DNA of 64,000 nucleotides from positions 6,510,001-6,574,000 of the forward strand of contig JBHGNT010000022.1 in assembly GCA_043228905.1 (NCBI GenBank), given 5' to 3'. The position numbers and the translations under genes are program-made. This document shows, in pieces, positions 60,273-64,000 of this stretch. Position 1 is the first letter of the stretch. Every line of letters begins with the position of its first letter. This stretch comes from Azolla caroliniana. Lineage: Eukaryota; Plantae; Polypodiophyta. The notes beneath the pieces are model-generated. The model made no database searches, was not told the DNA's origin, and saw nothing but the letters and a program-made list of their open reading frames with translations.

Positions 60273-63200
60273 TTACACATCCGTAGGTCCCTTCGGACCC
60301 TTACCGTTTTCCTTACGGGTTGCCGTGTCTTCCTTCGCCTCTGCTACGGGTTCCCCGTCGTCTTTTTCTTCCATCCGTACCGTTCCCGGTATAGTGCCGG
60401 TGGGCTGCATAAACGGGTTATTTGGCATCGGTCCTTTATAGGGCTTTAGTCTAAATCCGTTGACCCACTTGCCTAGCACTTCACCGGCAAGTGTCCCTAA
60501 CTGATAGGACCCGTTGTATTCCCGTGTCAGCCAATACGGGCCTGTCCATCTAAACCGGAGTTTACCCGGCATCTTGCCCATCCTCGTTTGGAATACTAGC
60601 ACCGGCTTTCCGATTTCGAACATCTTCTCATTACCTTTCCGGTGACGGTCAACGAACGCTTTCCGTCGTCGTTGCTCCAGTTCCATGTGTAGGATGCTGG
60701 CCAGCCGTTGCTCCTCCAGTTCGCATAGTGCTGCTAGCCGCATTTCCTCCGACTCCTTTTCATTCAGCCGTTCCCGTAGTTGGATCCGTAAGCTTGGTAC
60801 CTGAAATTCCACCGGCATGACCGCCTCTAAGCCGAACGCTAACCGGAACGGCGTTGTCCGGATACTTGTTTTGTATGCCGTTCGGTACGCCCATAGCGCG
60901 CTATGGAGCTTTGTATCCCAGTCCGTCCGGTTTTCATTGACGATTTTGCGGAGAATGTTCTGGAGCGTTTTGTTGGTTGACTCTGCTAACCCGTTTGCTT
61001 GTGGGTAGTACGGTGTGCTCCGTTTATGGACCACGGCATAGAACGTTGTTAAGCTTTCAACTACCTGGCCGAGGAAGTGCCCTCCTTGGTCGCTGATTAA
61101 TTCAATCGAACATCTATATCGGCACCAAATGTTCTCGTACAGGAATTTTGCTGTGGATGACGCGGTGTTGTCTCTCAAGGCCTTAGCCTCCACCCATTTA
61201 GTGCAATAATCTGTTGCCACGATGACATAACGATTACCCGTTCTCATTGCCGGTGGCTTGAACGGTCCGACAAAATCCAACCCCCACTTCTGGAATGGCT
61301 CTAGTGGAAGTACCAGTTGGTGTGGCATACGTGCTTGCTCCGTAGGCTGGCCCATTCGTTGGCATAGGTCACATTCCTTAGCATACTTGACGGCGTCTTT
61401 TAACGTCGTGGGCCACCATAAGCCGCTCTGCCATACTTTCCTTGCCGTCGCTTCCCCGGCATAGTGTCCTCCGGCAACCCCACAGTGTGCTTCCCGTAAG
61501 ATTACTTGTTTCTCGTCACTACGGACTGCCCGTCTCCATATTCCATCTGCTCCCTTGTGGTAGAGAGTGTCCCGTAACAGACAGAAATTGCGGCTCTGCA
61601 CCGCCAGTCGTTTCCTCTCGTCCCGGTTCATTTCCTCCGGTGGCAGGCCCGTGCTTAGGAACTGGTGCATGTTTGTCGGCCACCTATCTTCTGATGCCAC
61701 CGTGTCATCCGCTGCCGTTTCCGGGGTGATACGGAATAACTCTGCGTCCGGGAATTCATCCGATACTCCGACGCCTGATTCTCCGGACTCTAACCGGCTC
61801 AGGTAGTCTGCTACGGCATGCTGGATACCGGGCCGGTGGAAGATCTCGAATTCGAACTCCTGCAACAGCAAGGTCCAACGGGCCAACTTACCGGTCAAAG
61901 ACGCCTTGGACACTAAGTACAGGAGCGCCGAGTGATCCACATGAAAGGAGAACTTCCTTCCCAATAGGTAATGACGAAACTTTGTTACACTGTAGATCAT
62001 GCCCAGGGCCTCCCGTTCTGTAGTCGAATAGTTCTTCTCCGCTTGGGACAGCTTCCGGCTGGCGTAATATACCGGCCGGTACCATTTAGGCTCCGTAAGT
62101 TGCATTAAGGCGCTGCCGATAGCGATGTCGGAAGCATCCACGAACACATGAAATTCCTTGCTCCAATCCGGAGGCTGCACGACGGGTGCTTGCGACAAAA
62201 GTACCTTCAGGGCATTGTATGCCTTATCCTCCGTATCCGTCCATTGGAACGGTGTTCGATGTACCACGGTGTGTAATGGTGTAGCCAAGTCAGCCAAGTG
62301 ACGGAGCATCCGGCTGTGCCACCGGATCTGTCCTAAGAATCGGCTTAGTGCTTTGGCCGTTTTCGGCGCCGGTGCCCCTAGTATCGCGTTTACTTTGTCC
62401 GGGTCGACCGCAATGCCCTCCTTACTTACAATGTGTCCCAGTAAGATTCCACTTGAAACCCCAAAGATGCATTTTGCTGGGTTTAAGCTTAGCCGGTATA
62501 ACCTACACTTTTCAAGGCATAACCGTAGGTGCTGCAAATGGTTTTTTTCCCGGCTATAGACTGCAAAGTCATCCAGGAAAACCTGCATGAAGGCTGGAAT
62601 GTATTCGCCGAAGATCTCCATGATGATTCGCTGGAAAGTTGCTGGTGCCGTTTTTAGTCCGAACATCATTACTACGGCCACAAACACCCCCCATTCGGTG
62701 ACGAACGCTGTCTTCTCCTGGTCGTCAGGGTGCATCCGGATTTGATTGTATCCGCTGAACCCGTCTAAAAAGCTATAAACTTCATGGCCGGCGACGGCAT
62801 CCAGTACTCCATCCGTGAACGGAAGAGGGAATGCATCCGTAATTGTGGCTGCATTTAGTTTCCTGTAATCTACACACACGCGGATTTTACCGTTCTCCTT
62901 TGGGACGACGACAATGGGGCTCAGCCACGTCGCTTTCTTTACCGGCCGGATGAAGCCCACTCTTAGGAGTTTGTCGATTTCCTCCTTCACTTTGGCGGCG
63001 TAGTTGGGGTTCATTCGGTAACGTCTTTGCGCCACTGGTTTCGCGTCCTTGCCTAAGTGGATCTGATGCTGATATAATTGAGGGTCCAGCCCTCGCATGT
63101 CTTCGTATGACCAGGCGAATACGTCGCGAAACTCCGTGAGAAGTTTGATCATCGCCGCTTTATCTTCCGGCTTCATTTCTTTGGCGATGTGTACCGGCTT

Positions 63201-63968
63201 TGATTCGTCCTTGCTTCCTAGGTTCACTTCGTCGAGCTGGGATGTTTTTACCCGTTGGGAAACGGCCATTTCCCGTTCCAACGCTTCCTGTGCTTGCCGT
63301 AATTCCCGAATCGAATCTTTGTCTGGTTCGGCTTCGGTTTCGTCCCGCTGCGGCAAGTATGGCGCTACGGCTTCAGCCACGTCAATCTCGAAGAGTGGTA
63401 CGATCTTCGGGTGTTCCTCCAAGTACTGGGCTTCTTCGTCGTCTGCCAACCCTTCAAGCATGTTCACGCATTCCGCATACAGCAGTGTGCATTCCTTACC
63501 GTTGCTCGTCCGTGGTTGTGTCGGTACCCGGACCTTGGCTTTTCCGCGCCGGAAGGTAATCATATTTTTCCACCAATTTTGCTTGATGTGTGCTGTTTTC
63601 AACCATGGTCTGCCCAGCAACAGTGGGTAGGCGCCTTGCGCCTGTAGCTGCAGCACTACAGCCGAGATGTGAAATGTGTGACCTCCTATGGTGACCTCCA
63701 ATTTCCGTATTAAGCCCGTGGGCCGTACAGAGCTCGTATCCGCCATCCGTAGCCAGAACGGACATGGCTCCCATTCATGTATACCCAAGGCATCACACGT
63801 GCGGAGGCTTATTACGTTCACCCCAGAACCTCCATCGATTACTGTGCCGGGAAGTTCGTGCCCTTTGACAATAGCTGTAATCACCGGACTACTAGTGTCC
63901 ACCACCGTCGGTCCCTCCTCCGGATTCGAGAAGAGGACTGGTGCCGGTAGGGCTATACCGTCTGTCAT
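60273..63968 (-). CDS. pol: Gypsy Pol: protease, RT, RNase H, integrase (5' end probably outside the window)
   Basis: IDGGSG, LDGFSGYNQ, FLDDF, VDASD..ERE..DH, H..GGH..CDLC, DFVGP..DQG..E, WTGPY. No stops. Confidence 0.97.
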   Translation of the reverse strand: MTDGIALPAPVLFSNPEEGPTVVDTSSPVITAIVKGHELPGTVIDGGSGVNVISLRTCDALGIHEWEPCPFWLRMADTSSVRPTGLIRKLEVTIGGHTFHISAVVLQLQAQGAYPLLLGRPWLKTAHIKQNWWKNMITFRRGKAKVRVPTQPRTSNGKECTLLYAECVNMLEGLADDEEAQYLEEHPKIVPLFEIDVAEAVAPYLPQRDETEAEPDKDSIRELRQAQEALEREMAVSQRVKTSQLDEVNLGSKDESKPVHIAKEMKPEDKAAMIKLLTEFRDVFAWSYEDMRGLDPQLYQHQIHLGKDAKPVAQRRYRMNPNYAAKVKEEIDKLLRVGFIRPVKKATWLSPIVVVPKENGKIRVCVDYRKLNAATITDAFPLPFTDGVLDAVAGHEVYSFLDGFSGYNQIRMHPDDQEKTAFVTEWGVFVAVVMMFGLKTAPATFQRIIMEIFGEYIPAFMQVFLDDFAVYSREKNHLQHLRLCLEKCRLYRLSLNPAKCIFGVSSGILLGHIVSKEGIAVDPDKVNAILGAPAPKTAKALSRFLGQIRWHSRMLRHLADLATPLHTVVHRTPFQWTDTEDKAYNALKVLLSQAPVVQPPDWSKEFHVFVDASDIAIGSALMQLTEPKWYRPVYYASRKLSQAEKNYSTTEREALGMIYSVTKFRHYLLGRKFSFHVDHSALLYLVSKASLTGKLARWTLLLQEFEFEIFHRPGIQHAVADYLSRLESGESGVGVSDEFPDAELFRITPETAADDTVASEDRWPTNMHQFLSTGLPPEEMNRDERKRLAVQSRNFCLLRDTLYHKGADGIWRRAVRSDEKQVILREAHCGVAGGHYAGEATARKVWQSGLWWPTTLKDAVKYAKECDLCQRMGQPTEQARMPHQLVLPLEPFQKWGLDFVGPFKPPAMRTGNRYVIVATDYCTKWVEAKALRDNTASSTAKFLYENIWCRYRCSIELISDQGGHFLGQVVESLTTFYAVVHKRSTPYYPQANGLAESTNKTLQNILRKIVNENRTDWDTKLHSALWAYRTAYKTSIRTTPFRLAFGLEAVMPVEFQVPSLRIQLRERLNEKESEEMRLAALCELEEQRLASILHMELEQRRRKAFVDRHRKGNEKMFEIGKPVLVFQTRMGKMPGKLRFRWTGPYWLTREYNGSYQLGTLAGEVLGKWVNGFRLKPYKGPMPNNPFMQPTGTIPGTVRMEEKDDGEPVAEAKEDTATRKENGKGPKGPTDV

Positions 63969-64000
63969 GACCGTTTTTAGTCCTTCCGTAAATCATGGCA

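Larger units (their letters stand above)
56790..64000 (-). mobile_element. Element G: non-chromovirus Ty3/Gypsy with intact pol and extra 3' ORFs; continues beyond the window
   Basis: LTR 56790-57208, two long ORFs, 1231-aa pol frame. Confidence 0.92.

Overview
This is eukaryotic repeat DNA. The retroelement lineages suggest a non-seed land plant such as a moss (inference). No host gene is recognisable. Almost the whole window is a deep nest of LTR retrotransposons, whose boundaries I resolved from LTR ends, primer-binding sites (PBS), polypurine tracts (PPT) and target-site duplications (TSD). An old minus-strand Copia (A, 2061-34130) contains a non-coding LTR element (B, 3855-29997). B contains Copia D (6518-29590), which contains tRNA-Trp-primed Gypsy elements E and F and Copia H (18672-27671). 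H contains Gypsy element I and a solo LTR. To the right lie Copia L and M, Gypsy and LINE debris, a very young non-autonomous element J, a chromovirus 3' end, a 1.4-kb foldback and Gypsy G, which has an intact pol plus extra ORFs and runs off the window. Most notable: (1) Gypsy G has a tRNA-Arg PBS antisense to its pol, exactly where the PPT should be; (2) the tRNA-Trp-primed Gypsy group makes 4-bp TSDs at RCG(T) CpG sites; (3) one of its LTR families carries a degenerate tRNA-like Pol III cassette; (4) its non-autonomous members encode a Gag N-terminus fused to a shared repeat. All comparisons were made by eye; nothing was searched against a database.
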